In this document: positions 1 through 9,096 of the stretch, in pieces
How positions within the stretch are numbered: position 1 is the first letter of the stretch
How the letters are laid out: each line of letters begins with the position of its first letter
Notes under the pieces: model-generated
Told to the model about the DNA's origin: nothing
Seen by the model: only the letters and a program-made list of their open reading frames with translations
The model's database searches: none
Virus record (IMG/VR): IMGVR_UViG_3300035703_000016
Location: 64,001-128,000 of that record
Reading direction: 5' to 3' (one strand)
Length of the DNA: 64,000 bases
DNA from: a virus
Position numbers and translations under genes: made by a program

Positions 1-254
1 TTTTGCACTTCTGGCGGCATTTTAAATTTTGACATATCAGTGGATTCAGTAATAATATTCCGCTCTTCGTTTTTTTCAGCTTTAATTTTTTCTAAAAACT
101 CATTAATTTTTTTTAAGCTGTACTGTCTATAAGGAATTGGCATATTCCATACATCTTGCCAAGAAAATCCTCCATTTCCGTGATATACAAGTTCAAAAAC
201 CTCTTGCATGTAAACCGGTCTATATTCTACTCCCGGGAAAAAAGAAAGAGGCAT
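1..254 (-). CDS. T4 gp51-like / tail assembly chaperone second ORF (partial, runs off the window; may be reached by frameshift from the upstream ORF)
   Basis: Not in the ORF track. Manual translation gives (MPLSF)FPGVEYRPVYMQEVFELVYHGNGGFSWQDVWNMPIPYRQYSLKKINEFLEK..., with the F-S-W-x-D-V-W-N-M-P motif typical of gp51-like proteins. In-frame ATGs at 254 and 209. Confidence 0.7.
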   Translation of the reverse strand, partial: MPLSFFPGVEYRPVYMQEVFELVYHGNGGFSWQDVWNMPIPYRQYSLKKINEFLEKIKAEKNEERNIITESTDMSKFKMPPEVQ

Positions 255-984
255 TCATTGGCATATCTACCTCGGCCTCCTGTCCGTCTTTAAATACTAT
301 TTTAACTTTTGCTGTTATATCTGGAGAAATTTCGTATATGTAGTTTCTTAATTCTGATGCGTCTTTTGCCATAAAAGCTGTGTCTATGAAATTTCTCACA
401 GACTTTATATTATAGTCTCCATTTATTGACAATATTTGATGCTTCATTCTCAAACTCATCATCCCTGGATCGCTTCCTAGCGCTTTCTTGAGCCCCTTTG
501 CTTCTTCATCGATTTTCTTATCGTCTCCTACAGTAAGTAGCTTAAATGTAATCTTATTTTTTGAAAAAGGTAACTCAAATACAAATTCATTATCTCCAGT
601 AAAAATAGACTCATTTATTTCTTTATGACTCATTGTTTGAAGATCAGCTGTTACTACTTCCTCTTCTCCTGTTTCTGGATTTGGGTACTTAAACTGATAA
701 TCTTTTCCATAAGCAAGAATTCTAGCTGCTATTAAAAGACCATTTCTATCTCCAAGCAAAAGATCATCGTATTTTATTCCGCTTGGCAACAGAGATTTTA
801 ATGTTTTTTCTATAGCAGTTCCGTTCTTTAGATAATTGATATTAGTCAAAATGTCCTCTTCTTTTGCCGTCATATATTTCATCTCGACTTCTCCAGATGA
901 TAAAGGACTTTCTTTTGGATAAACTAAGCCTTTACTTGGCAATGTAACCATTTCTGTCGGTATTGTAAACTTTTGTTCTGTCAT
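220..984 (-). CDS. T4 gp26-like baseplate hub / tail assembly chaperone protein
   Basis: N-terminal LPSKG..YP and MTAKEEDIL motifs, internal LPFSK...FKLLT repeat; lies downstream of the tail tube gene. Confidence 0.75.
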   Translation of the reverse strand: MTEQKFTIPTEMVTLPSKGLVYPKESPLSSGEVEMKYMTAKEEDILTNINYLKNGTAIEKTLKSLLPSGIKYDDLLLGDRNGLLIAARILAYGKDYQFKYPNPETGEEEVVTADLQTMSHKEINESIFTGDNEFVFELPFSKNKITFKLLTVGDDKKIDEEAKGLKKALGSDPGMMSLRMKHQILSINGDYNIKSVRNFIDTAFMAKDASELRNYIYEISPDITAKVKIVFKDGQEAEVDMPMNASFFFPGSRI

Positions 985-999
985 TTTATTATTTTTTTA

Positions 1000-1389
1000 T
1001 TATGCAACATATCCGTAAATATACTCTTCTCCACCATTATATAAAGTTGAAATTCTTGAATATCCATCCATAACTTGTCCTTTGTATACGACTATCGGGT
1101 TATATAAATCTTTTGAATTTGGTTGATATTCACTATCAGACTCTTCTCCATATCTTTCATCTCCTGACTCAATATACTCTGCTAGGGATTCATCTGAGTC
1201 TATTAAATCTTGTATTTTTAATTTCTGTCTAGTAAAATTCTTATTTGAATCTTTTATTTTAGAAATAAAATAATCTGGTATATCTGATTCATCTGGAGTT
1301 ATTGATTCTATATAGTCTGCCACCTCTTCTCCGGTTAGAGAATATTCATTTTCTTTTATAAGTTGTTTATAAATCTCTATAAGTTTCAT
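1000..1389 (-). CDS. hypothetical protein with N-terminal MKLIEIY..LIKE tag and ParB/Srx-like C-terminal motif
   Basis: PIVV...VMDGYSR resembles the ParB-N DGxHR motif; has its own upstream ATATTTATA motif. Confidence 0.5.
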   Translation of the reverse strand: MKLIEIYKQLIKENEYSLTGEEVADYIESITPDESDIPDYFISKIKDSNKNFTRQKLKIQDLIDSDESLAEYIESGDERYGEESDSEYQPNSKDLYNPIVVYKGQVMDGYSRISTLYNGGEEYIYGYVA

Positions 1390-1402
1390 TTTTATAATTT
1401 AA

Positions 1403-1411
1403 TATAAATAT
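1403..1411 (-). promoter_or_regulatory. ATATTTATA late-promoter-like motif
   Basis: Recurrent intergenic motif, 13 nt upstream of the ATG at 1389. Confidence 0.6.
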
Positions 1412-1420
1412 TCGAAATAG

Positions 1421-1454
1421 AAAAAAGCTCGAACAAAGTCGAGCTTCTTTTTTT
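1421..1454 (-). terminator. intrinsic terminator after the tail tube gene (possibly bidirectional)
   Basis: Stem AAGCTCGA/TCGAGCTT flanked by an A6 tract and a T tract. Confidence 0.8.
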
Positions 1455-1480
1455 AAAATAATTACTTTAGTAATTAAATA

Positions 1481-1969
1481 CTAGTAGTTAAGTATACAAT
1501 AATTCATTCCAAGCGTAAGAGACAATTCTGTAGGATCTGATGTAGACCAGTCATAATTTCCGGCTGAAAATGATTTTATAAAAGCTCCTTTAATTATCCA
1601 TTCACTTACTATATCTCCAACAGGACCTATTACGGCTAAAGTAACGTCTTTTTGATAAAAATCTGAATAACCATCTCTACCTGTAACAGATTCGTGATGT
1701 AGACGGACCCACTCCATACATGCTTGTTGACCTGATGGTGAAATAGGGTTGTATAAAGAGAGTTCCATATCTTTCCACTCAGCTTTACCTTTTATTTTAA
1801 AGTAAGTATTTATGTGGTCTAATTTGATTTCTCCCATTTCTATACTAGGGGCTGATGCCTTTTTAATCATGTATGAGGGGATTCCGTCTATATACATTAT
1901 AAACCTATTACTAACGGTAGGTTCAAATGCTGTATAAAATATTTCATTAGGCGATAGTATTCCTGCCAT
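1481..1969 (-). CDS. gp19: tail tube protein (T4 gp19-like)
   Basis: FEP..SNRF, KGKAEW, GRDGYSDFY and EWIIKGAF motifs; 162 aa; follows the sheath gene. Confidence 0.9.
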   Translation of the reverse strand: MAGILSPNEIFYTAFEPTVSNRFIMYIDGIPSYMIKKASAPSIEMGEIKLDHINTYFKIKGKAEWKDMELSLYNPISPSGQQACMEWVRLHHESVTGRDGYSDFYQKDVTLAVIGPVGDIVSEWIIKGAFIKSFSAGNYDWSTSDPTELSLTLGMNYCILNY

Positions 1970-1989
1970 TGTATTATAAGTTTATGTTG

Positions 1990-2133
1990 TTATTTAATTT
2001 TCTTTTGATCTTTTTTGTCTGTAGACTTTTTATTATCAGTCGTTGACTTTTTAGATTCATTTAAAACTTTGCTTTTTACAGACTCGTATAAAGCTATTGG
2101 AATTTCTATTCTTATTACTGTATCTCTATTCAT
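1990..2133 (-). CDS. small basic hypothetical protein (47 aa)
   Basis: Manual translation MNRDTVIRIEIPIALYESVKSKVLNESKKSTTDNKKSTDKKDQKKIK*; fills the sheath-tube gap; ATATTTATA motif 3 nt upstream. Confidence 0.65.
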   Translation of the reverse strand: MNRDTVIRIEIPIALYESVKSKVLNESKKSTTDNKKSTDKKDQKKIK

Positions 2134-2136
2134 GAT

Positions 2137-2145
2137 TATAAATAT
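2137..2145 (-). promoter_or_regulatory. ATATTTATA late-promoter-like motif
   Basis: Motif lies between the sheath stop codon and the ATG at 2133. Confidence 0.55.
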
Positions 2146-2158
2146 CTATTTATTTGGA

Positions 2159-3904
2159 TTAAGAAAATGTAGCTCCAGTTTGAGTAATATTATAAGATAG
2201 ATATATAAATTCACTAGTTCTAGTTGGCTGTAGATATATGCTTCCTACTAATTCATTTCTATCTATTACAGATGGAGTATTATTTGTATCATCCATTACA
2301 ACAGAAAAACTATATAATCCTTGTCTTTGTTGAACACTTGCTAAGTATGGATTTACTTGATTTAAAAATTTGTTTCTGGTAACTTGAGTATTTGGATCGA
2401 ATACTATAGTTTCTGCTATTTGACCAATATAATCTTTAAGTGCTATTAGTAATCTTCTTACACTAACTCTATCTAAAGCAGACGCTTTTTGTTGTAATGT
2501 TTTTTGTCCATATATAACTGTTCCAACTCCAGGAAAAGTAGCTATTGGGTTTACTTTAGCTTGATACAATGTATTTCTATCAGTAACAGATAATTTTCTT
2601 TCTGGTTGTAGAACAGTACTCATTCCACCTCTTGTAAAACCAGCTGGCGCATACCACTCTGCACTAATTTTATCATTATACTCATATACAGCTGGAACCA
2701 TTGTAGAAGCTGGAACAAAGTTTAATTTTCCTGTTTCTGCTGATTTAACTTGAACCCAAGGCCAATATGCTGCGCCGTAAGAATTATCGTAAGATTGGGC
2801 TGCAGTAACTACTGTTCCTATATTTTGTCCGTATCCAACTAAATCTATTACAGCTATATTATCGCCTCTTGTTTGAGATAAATTTAAAAGAGCTGTTATT
2901 TGAGAACTAGCGTTTTGAGAATTTATTCCAGGAGCATATATTGTATTGAAATTATATGCGTCTTTATTTCCTAAAAGGTTGATAGCTATATCATAATTTC
3001 CTGGTACAAGTCCTTGAATATTATTAGTTTGATCTCCTGATACTGTCGGTATATTTTCAAACATTTTCAAAGCAGCTACTCCAAATCCTCCATAGATAGC
3101 GCCAGTTGCTCCAGAAAAAGCTCCATTTATGGACCCAGATCCAACTAAAGGAATTGAGCTAGTATATTGAGATTGAGGTTGTCCGTAAGAATTTAAGTAA
3201 TTAGGAGTCGTAAGAGAAACAGATTTAACTCTTACATAATTACTATTATTTGAATAAGAACCTGTAGTTTGTAAATAGTAATCTCCAGTAGTTGGATCAG
3301 CTACAGCATTTTGAGTTTGATTTCCTATAACATACTCTATATAGTTATTTTGATTTGGATCTAAAGACAAATTAGTCCACGTCTCTAATATAGTTTTATT
3401 ATTTTCATAGTCATCTCCTCTACGAATAATCAAGCTAAAATAACCAGATCCAGTATCAGCAGAAGTAATCTCCCATCTTATATTTGCAGATGATCCTGAT
3501 GACAATGCTCCACTAACTGCGCTTCCAGAATTATTCATTATTACTCCAGATGAAAGAGTCTCTAAAGTAAATGCAGTAGTGCTTCCTGATGCTACAATAT
3601 TTGCAGTCGCTCCTGTATAAGAACCTGAGGCCACTCTTGTAACTAACAATGATTCTCCTCCTTGTTGAAAATATCCCAAAGCTGCAGTGCTTGTTAAATA
3701 TTCATAAGAAGTCCCTCCAGATATGAAAGTAGCTCCAAATATAGCCTTATATTGAGAATACGATGTAATTACTGTAGGGATATTTACTGGTCCTACTACA
3801 GTCGGTCCTATGATAGCAGCTCCAGCAGCAATTGGTCCCTGTGTTATTTGACTCTGGTCGTTCTCTATTGAAAATACGCCAGGACTTAAAAGTGTTTCAG
3901 CCAT
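2159..3904 (-). CDS. gp18: tail sheath protein (T4 gp18-like)
   Basis: LSPGVFSIEND N-terminus; YWPW, WYAPAGFTRG, GQKTLQ..ASALDRVSVRRLL and LQPTRTSEFI sheath motifs. Confidence 0.95.
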   Translation of the reverse strand: MAETLLSPGVFSIENDQSQITQGPIAAGAAIIGPTVVGPVNIPTVITSYSQYKAIFGATFISGGTSYEYLTSTAALGYFQQGGESLLVTRVASGSYTGATANIVASGSTTAFTLETLSSGVIMNNSGSAVSGALSSGSSANIRWEITSADTGSGYFSLIIRRGDDYENNKTILETWTNLSLDPNQNNYIEYVIGNQTQNAVADPTTGDYYLQTTGSYSNNSNYVRVKSVSLTTPNYLNSYGQPQSQYTSSIPLVGSGSINGAFSGATGAIYGGFGVAALKMFENIPTVSGDQTNNIQGLVPGNYDIAINLLGNKDAYNFNTIYAPGINSQNASSQITALLNLSQTRGDNIAVIDLVGYGQNIGTVVTAAQSYDNSYGAAYWPWVQVKSAETGKLNFVPASTMVPAVYEYNDKISAEWYAPAGFTRGGMSTVLQPERKLSVTDRNTLYQAKVNPIATFPGVGTVIYGQKTLQQKASALDRVSVRRLLIALKDYIGQIAETIVFDPNTQVTRNKFLNQVNPYLASVQQRQGLYSFSVVMDDTNNTPSVIDRNELVGSIYLQPTRTSEFIYLSYNITQTGATFS

Positions 3905-3926
3905 TTATGTTTTTATTTTTCTACTA

Positions 3927-3934
3927 ATAAATAT
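3927..3934 (-). promoter_or_regulatory. ATATTTAT late-promoter-like motif
   Basis: Upstream of the sheath ATG at 3904. Confidence 0.55.
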
Positions 3935-3944
3935 CATTAATTTG

Positions 3945-4181
3945 TTATGAAATTTCTCCTGTTTCTATATTTATCGTAACATTTCCATATTTTGAAGTTA
4001 TTTCTTCAAAAAGAGACTCTTCTCTTAATTTTAAAGAAACTATTTCTTTTTTTTGTTGTTCTATTTTTAATTCCAAAGATATCTTTTGAAATTCTAATTC
4101 TCCTAATTTAGATGCTATTTCTAAAGCGTCTTGTTTTATTAAATTTACTTTACTTAGCTCCTCTTGCGTTAATTTTGTCAT
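3945..4181 (-). CDS. small coiled-coil protein (possible fibre assembly chaperone)
   Basis: 78 aa heptad-rich, C-terminal KYG...INIETGEI; ATATTTATA motif at 4195-4203. Confidence 0.55.
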   Translation of the reverse strand: MTKLTQEELSKVNLIKQDALEIASKLGELEFQKISLELKIEQQKKEIVSLKLREESLFEEITSKYGNVTINIETGEIS

Positions 4182-4204
4182 AACGTTTATTTACTATAAA
4201 TATC

Positions 4205-4360
4205 TTAATTATTTTCTAAGTCATTTTCTTCATTAATTATTTCTAATGGTAAATTACAAACTTCATAACAAATAAATTCCATAATTTCATTTCCTAATTC
4301 ATCTAAAATAGGAAGCCCAGTGTTATTATCTATTTTTTTTCTATATATTGGAATTTCCAT
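4205..4360 (-). CDS. small acidic hypothetical protein (51 aa)
   Basis: Manual translation MEIPIYRKKIDNNTGLPILDELGNEIMEFICYEVCNLPLEIINEENDLENN*; starts 4 nt after the previous stop. Confidence 0.6.
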   Translation of the reverse strand: MEIPIYRKKIDNNTGLPILDELGNEIMEFICYEVCNLPLEIINEENDLENN

Positions 4361-4364
4361 TATC

Positions 4365-5276
4365 TTAATATTGTATTTTTAAAGAAGGCATTTGAATATT
4401 ATATACAGACACAGGAACACTTGAGAAAACACTACCAGTGTTATACTGAGATAAATTCTGAGAACACGTTAATGGTAAGTCATAATTAGCTGTATTTAAA
4501 TTTGTAGAACCAGATCTTATTATTTGAAAACTTGCGCCATTAAACGATGATATCGTTAATCCCAAAGATGAAAAAAATCTCGAACCTAATACGGAATTAA
4601 ATCCATAATTTAAAGTCCCTTCTCCTCCACTATATGGAATAGTAGTTACAGTTCCTGATAATGACATAGCGACCCAATATACTTGATCTTTATATAAAGT
4701 TACTGCTGTAGATTGACTCATAAAATAATTATTATAAACTGTTGCGCTGGTACTTTTAGAAGTCTCTCCATGCATTATTCTATATTCTGGTAAGTTACTG
4801 CTTGTTCCATTTGTATATAATCCTATAAAACAACTAGAAGAATTAACTGTTCCTAAAAACATTACTGACATCGATGCGCATGTACATGTTTTCATTATTC
4901 TTATTGGAGAAAATAGAGCACCTCCAGTTAATACTCCAGTTCCAGTTGTCTTATTGGCTCCTGCTGTATATTGACCTAGATATATATTTGGATTTATTAA
5001 TCCAGTAGTCGAATTTATACCAACTCCTATATTTTGTAATACAGATGTTGAAATAGCTACACTAGAACTTATACTATTTATAGAATAAGAACTAGATATT
5101 GTCTGAGAAGTTGTAGTATATGAACTAGTTAAAGAATAATCTGAATATGATGATGTTAATGAAAAAGATGCAGTTCCTATTACAGTACTCTCTATTAAAC
5201 TCTCAGTCTGCAGAGACCCAGATATAGTAGAATTATCTTTTGATATAAATATAGTTTGTATAATTAATTTTTCCAT
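4365..5276 (-). CDS. tail fibre / receptor-binding-like virion protein, paralogue C
   Basis: Ser/Thr-rich TASF/TSSY stalk repeats plus a beta-rich C-terminal domain shared with 5280 and 6144. Confidence 0.6.
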   Translation of the reverse strand: MEKLIIQTIFISKDNSTISGSLQTESLIESTVIGTASFSLTSSYSDYSLTSSYTTTSQTISSSYSINSISSSVAISTSVLQNIGVGINSTTGLINPNIYLGQYTAGANKTTGTGVLTGGALFSPIRIMKTCTCASMSVMFLGTVNSSSCFIGLYTNGTSSNLPEYRIMHGETSKSTSATVYNNYFMSQSTAVTLYKDQVYWVAMSLSGTVTTIPYSGGEGTLNYGFNSVLGSRFFSSLGLTISSFNGASFQIIRSGSTNLNTANYDLPLTCSQNLSQYNTGSVFSSVPVSVYNIQMPSLKIQY

Positions 5277-5279
5277 AGT

Positions 5280-6143
5280 CTAGTTTACTATTAAATATGG
5301 TAAAACTGGAGTAGCTGTGCTTCTAGCTAAGAAAGAATAGTCTCCTGTATTTTGAGATAAAGTTTCAGGAGCGCTAGAATCGATATTTCCCGGGATAGGA
5401 TATACGTAATGAGTTATATTTTGTATATAAGAAGACGTATTTGGAACAGCAACTCCTAATATTGGATTATAAATTCTACCAGATGTATTAGCGACAACAT
5501 TACTAAAATATTTTGCGTAGATAGAACTTGCATTTTGTGAAGCAACTCCTATCCAATAAACCTCTCCTGCTTCTAATTGTATAGATGACGTAGGAGAAAA
5601 TGATCCAGTTACTGCTCCAAAAGTAGATCCGCTAATTGAAGTCTGATATATTTTATTTTCAGGAAGTAATTTTTCTGAATTTGTATAAACAAAAAAACTA
5701 GACGTGGCGTTTGCATTTGTATGTGAATATATAGAAATTAATCTATTTATAGTACAATTTTTATATATCTGAATAGGAGATAAAATAATACTCTGAGTTA
5801 TAACTCCAGCAGCAACTATCATTGAATTTCCATTTATAGGATACCAAACATTTGGATTAATTCCTATTGATCCTAAATCTGGATTTACCCATCCGTCATA
5901 ATTTGGATTTAGGACATAATCTGCTTCATAAGAATATGAACTTGTTTCAGATCTAAAAGAATAAGATGAGGAATCTATTAGAAATGTCAATGATGCCGTA
6001 GCTGAATTAATAGAATATGAAGATGTAACTGAAAAAGAAGCTGTTGTAGAACTTCCAGTTATTCCTGACGTAACTATTAATGATCCAGTTACTTCTAACA
6101 CGGATTTTGCAGTAAACCCTCTTTTTAATATGAAATCATTCAT
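5280..6143 (-). CDS. tail fibre / receptor-binding-like virion protein, paralogue B
   Basis: Same architecture as its neighbours: NPN, SP+.+.K.C, YTN...LPE, VYW, YNP+LG, SQN motifs. Confidence 0.6.
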   Translation of the reverse strand: MNDFILKRGFTAKSVLEVTGSLIVTSGITGSSTTASFSVTSSYSINSATASLTFLIDSSSYSFRSETSSYSYEADYVLNPNYDGWVNPDLGSIGINPNVWYPINGNSMIVAAGVITQSIILSPIQIYKNCTINRLISIYSHTNANATSSFFVYTNSEKLLPENKIYQTSISGSTFGAVTGSFSPTSSIQLEAGEVYWIGVASQNASSIYAKYFSNVVANTSGRIYNPILGVAVPNTSSYIQNITHYVYPIPGNIDSSAPETLSQNTGDYSFLARSTATPVLPYLIVN

Positions 6144-6986
6144 TTAATAACTTATTTGAACTAGTGGACCTAAATAGAGATTATCTATACTCCCGGTTTG
6201 TAAAGTGTATGTACTTATATTTTGAGAACATGTTAATGGAAGAGATAGATTACTTCCATTTGAAGCTGATGTTAATCCTGAAATATTATAAAAACCAGTT
6301 TGTGTAATTGTTCCAGCAACAGGAGTTACACCTAAAAACTGATTATAAAGTCCATTAGATAACCCACATATATTTAGTGTTAAATTATTATTTCCTACTA
6401 CAGCTGTCCAATATAATTTTCTTTTTTCTAAAATTATACTAGTAGAAGGTGTTATTCCAGAATATGCTAATGGAATAGTAGATGACGACATAAATCCAAG
6501 ATCTTGAATTAAAAATTGAGGACATGTTTGACCAGAATCTGAATATATCCCTAATCTGACTGTCGCCTCTACCCCAGTACTACCAAACATTATTCCCATT
6601 GTAGAGACTGCACATGTTTTTTCTACTGTAAATGGAGTAAAAAGTATTCTATCTAATCCTAAAGATCTGCTTATTGCTAGAGATCCAGTTGTTATAATTA
6701 TATTTGGAAATATATATCCTATTCCAACGGTCGGAGCATACGATGGATTTTTTAATATTGATGAAGTAATACTAATAGATGAGCTATCTGAAAAATTAGA
6801 TATAGATGATGTTACGGCATTTAATACAACAGAAGCTGTTAAGCTCGTTTGAGAAAAAGAAGAAGACATTACATAAGATGATGTTGTAATGTTTCCTATA
6901 ATATTATCTGTAGTAAATAATGATCCACATACTATAGAATTTCCTATTGATATAAACCCCTCTCTAGTTATAAATGAATTTGACAT
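6144..6986 (-). CDS. tail fibre / receptor-binding-like virion protein, paralogue A
   Basis: Same architecture; LPLTCSQN is identical to paralogue C. Confidence 0.6.
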   Translation of the reverse strand: MSNSFITREGFISIGNSIVCGSLFTTDNIIGNITTSSYVMSSSFSQTSLTASVVLNAVTSSISNFSDSSSISITSSILKNPSYAPTVGIGYIFPNIIITTGSLAISRSLGLDRILFTPFTVEKTCAVSTMGIMFGSTGVEATVRLGIYSDSGQTCPQFLIQDLGFMSSSTIPLAYSGITPSTSIILEKRKLYWTAVVGNNNLTLNICGLSNGLYNQFLGVTPVAGTITQTGFYNISGLTSASNGSNLSLPLTCSQNISTYTLQTGSIDNLYLGPLVQISY

Positions 6987-6997
6987 TGAAATCTATT

Positions 6998-9094
6998 TTA
7001 TATAAAAGTAGTTTGAGTTTTTATTATCCAACCAGACCCTGGGGATGTAGATAGTACTACGTTAGATGAACTTAAAGATCCAGTTAGGACTAGTGAATTT
7101 GTATTTCCTATATCAGAAGTAGAAAAGTCTGTAAATCTTATGTCTACTCCACTCCAAACAGTCATAAATTCGCCTGCTCTAGAATTACTTCCGCTTAAGA
7201 CTACATATTTTACAAACATTGATCCATATGATCCAGTTGATCGAGTGAGTATAGTCGTTGAACCTGCTCCAGTAGTTACCAAAGAAGATGTTGTTAATAT
7301 AGATCCTATTAATAAATTATCATTGAAATTTACAGATCCAGTAACAATTAAGCTCCCAGTAATTATAGCAGATCCAGTAAAAGGAAATCCGCTTCCTCCA
7401 CTTCCGCCTCCATTAAGAGCATATGAAGCTGTAAGTGCGTAAGAAGAAGATAAACTATAAGATGAGCTAAGAACTGACATGGATGAAGTTACCGAAGTTA
7501 ATACGTACGGATTTAGCATCGATGCTGTTACTGAATTTAATACATAATCTGGAGCTAATGACGCAGTACTAGCAAATGATGAACTCAATACTGTCATAGA
7601 ACTAGTTAAAGCACTAGTAACGTACGGCGCTAATAATGAAGATGTTGCAACTGCTCTAGGAATAGAACCAGAATCTCCAACCCATATTGATCCAGATACT
7701 ATATTCGGTAGATTATAAGGACCTGGATTTAAAACGTACCCGGCTCCGTTAACCCCTGTTCTACTTATTGTTCCTAAATATTGAACTGAAACGTCTGCGC
7801 CTGTTGGTCTTATAGAAGTCCATTGTCCGCTAGAACTCAAGAATACGTCTGTTCCGGCTGGAAGAGCTCCAACATTTATAGAGTCTATTAAACCTAGCAC
7901 TATCCCAAGTCCATTTCCATTTGGAGATATTTCAGAGGCGGCAACTAAAGTAGCTGGTCTTCTATTTGGATTATATGCATCCGCTAAATACGCATCTGCT
8001 CTGTTTCCAGTATTCCCTTCTACATAAAGTCCAGCGCCTTTAGGAATTGTTACTAATTCTCTATTTTTTACTTCTTCATAGATTGTTTTTACATACTGAA
8101 ATGTGAGAGATCCAGAACCATCTGTTTGAATAAATGACCCAATACCGTTATCAACAACTGGATAATGTAATCCGCTTGCTGTTAATTGATTTCTTACTAC
8201 AAAAGTGTCTGCTGAAGAAGCTGTTGCTGCATGAGAAGCACTTATTATTGAATTTATTCCATATGGACCATGTATATTAGATGCAGTTATATATGATGAA
8301 GTTACAGAATATTCTGACCATGATGATGTACCGTGTAAACTTCCAGTAAATCCATGAGTAGATATAGCAGATCCAGATATTACTAATTCCCCATTTATTA
8401 TTCCACCTGAAAGTGGAAGATATGAACTAGTAAAATCACTTAAAAAAGCCACTTCTCCAGATCCATCTTGAAAAATAATTTCATTATTTAGATTTGTAGA
8501 CTGGCTAAATATTAAAGTAGTTTTTGCTATTTCTATTGACTCAGAATTTACTAAACTAGACTCTATAGTAGAATATCCATATACTATGCTTGATGTAGTA
8601 TTAGAGTTTATTTCTTTTTTCGAGATAAATGCTCCTGGAGAGATTATTGATTTTTTATCTCCTACTGACATTACCCATTCATTAAATGACATGGATACGT
8701 TTTGAGAAAAATCTAAATCATTAACTATTACTTGAGTTCCAATAAAAGTGTTTGATCCAGTCGTAGCTAAACTAGCAGATTTTTCTACAAATATTGGATC
8801 TACTTCTTGATAATAAGATGCTGTTGAAGAATAAGAAGAAGAATTTATTAATCCGTAAAAAGAACCAGTAGCATAAAATACAGAAGCTGAATAAAATACA
8901 GTAGGAATTCCACCAAAAACTCCATTATTATTAAATTGAACTTGAGTATCTGATCCTCCAGGATTACTACCACCTCCTCCACTTCCATTAAGAGCATACG
9001 AAGCTGTTATAGCCCAAGATGAAGTTCCGTATAGACTTCCCGTAAATGATCCACTAATTGGGAATCTTAACTGTTTTCCTTTTATTTGAGCCAT
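6998..9094 (-). CDS. tail fibre / whisker-like structural protein
   Basis: GGSDTQVQFN motif, Gly hinges, repeated TASYALNG, FTGSL.GTSSW and YV.S..TSSM.VLSSS units. Confidence 0.7.
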   Translation of the reverse strand: MAQIKGKQLRFPISGSFTGSLYGTSSWAITASYALNGSGGGGSNPGGSDTQVQFNNNGVFGGIPTVFYSASVFYATGSFYGLINSSSYSSTASYYQEVDPIFVEKSASLATTGSNTFIGTQVIVNDLDFSQNVSMSFNEWVMSVGDKKSIISPGAFISKKEINSNTTSSIVYGYSTIESSLVNSESIEIAKTTLIFSQSTNLNNEIIFQDGSGEVAFLSDFTSSYLPLSGGIINGELVISGSAISTHGFTGSLHGTSSWSEYSVTSSYITASNIHGPYGINSIISASHAATASSADTFVVRNQLTASGLHYPVVDNGIGSFIQTDGSGSLTFQYVKTIYEEVKNRELVTIPKGAGLYVEGNTGNRADAYLADAYNPNRRPATLVAASEISPNGNGLGIVLGLIDSINVGALPAGTDVFLSSSGQWTSIRPTGADVSVQYLGTISRTGVNGAGYVLNPGPYNLPNIVSGSIWVGDSGSIPRAVATSSLLAPYVTSALTSSMTVLSSSFASTASLAPDYVLNSVTASMLNPYVLTSVTSSMSVLSSSYSLSSSYALTASYALNGGGSGGSGFPFTGSAIITGSLIVTGSVNFNDNLLIGSILTTSSLVTTGAGSTTILTRSTGSYGSMFVKYVVLSGSNSRAGEFMTVWSGVDIRFTDFSTSDIGNTNSLVLTGSLSSSNVVLSTSPGSGWIIKTQTTFI

Positions 9095-9096
9095 AT

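Noticed and set aside
4365-6986. Diversity-generating retroelement or invertible cassette behind the three fibre paralogues
   Set aside because: No reverse transcriptase or invertase in the window, no near-identical template/variable repeat pair, and all copies have the same orientation
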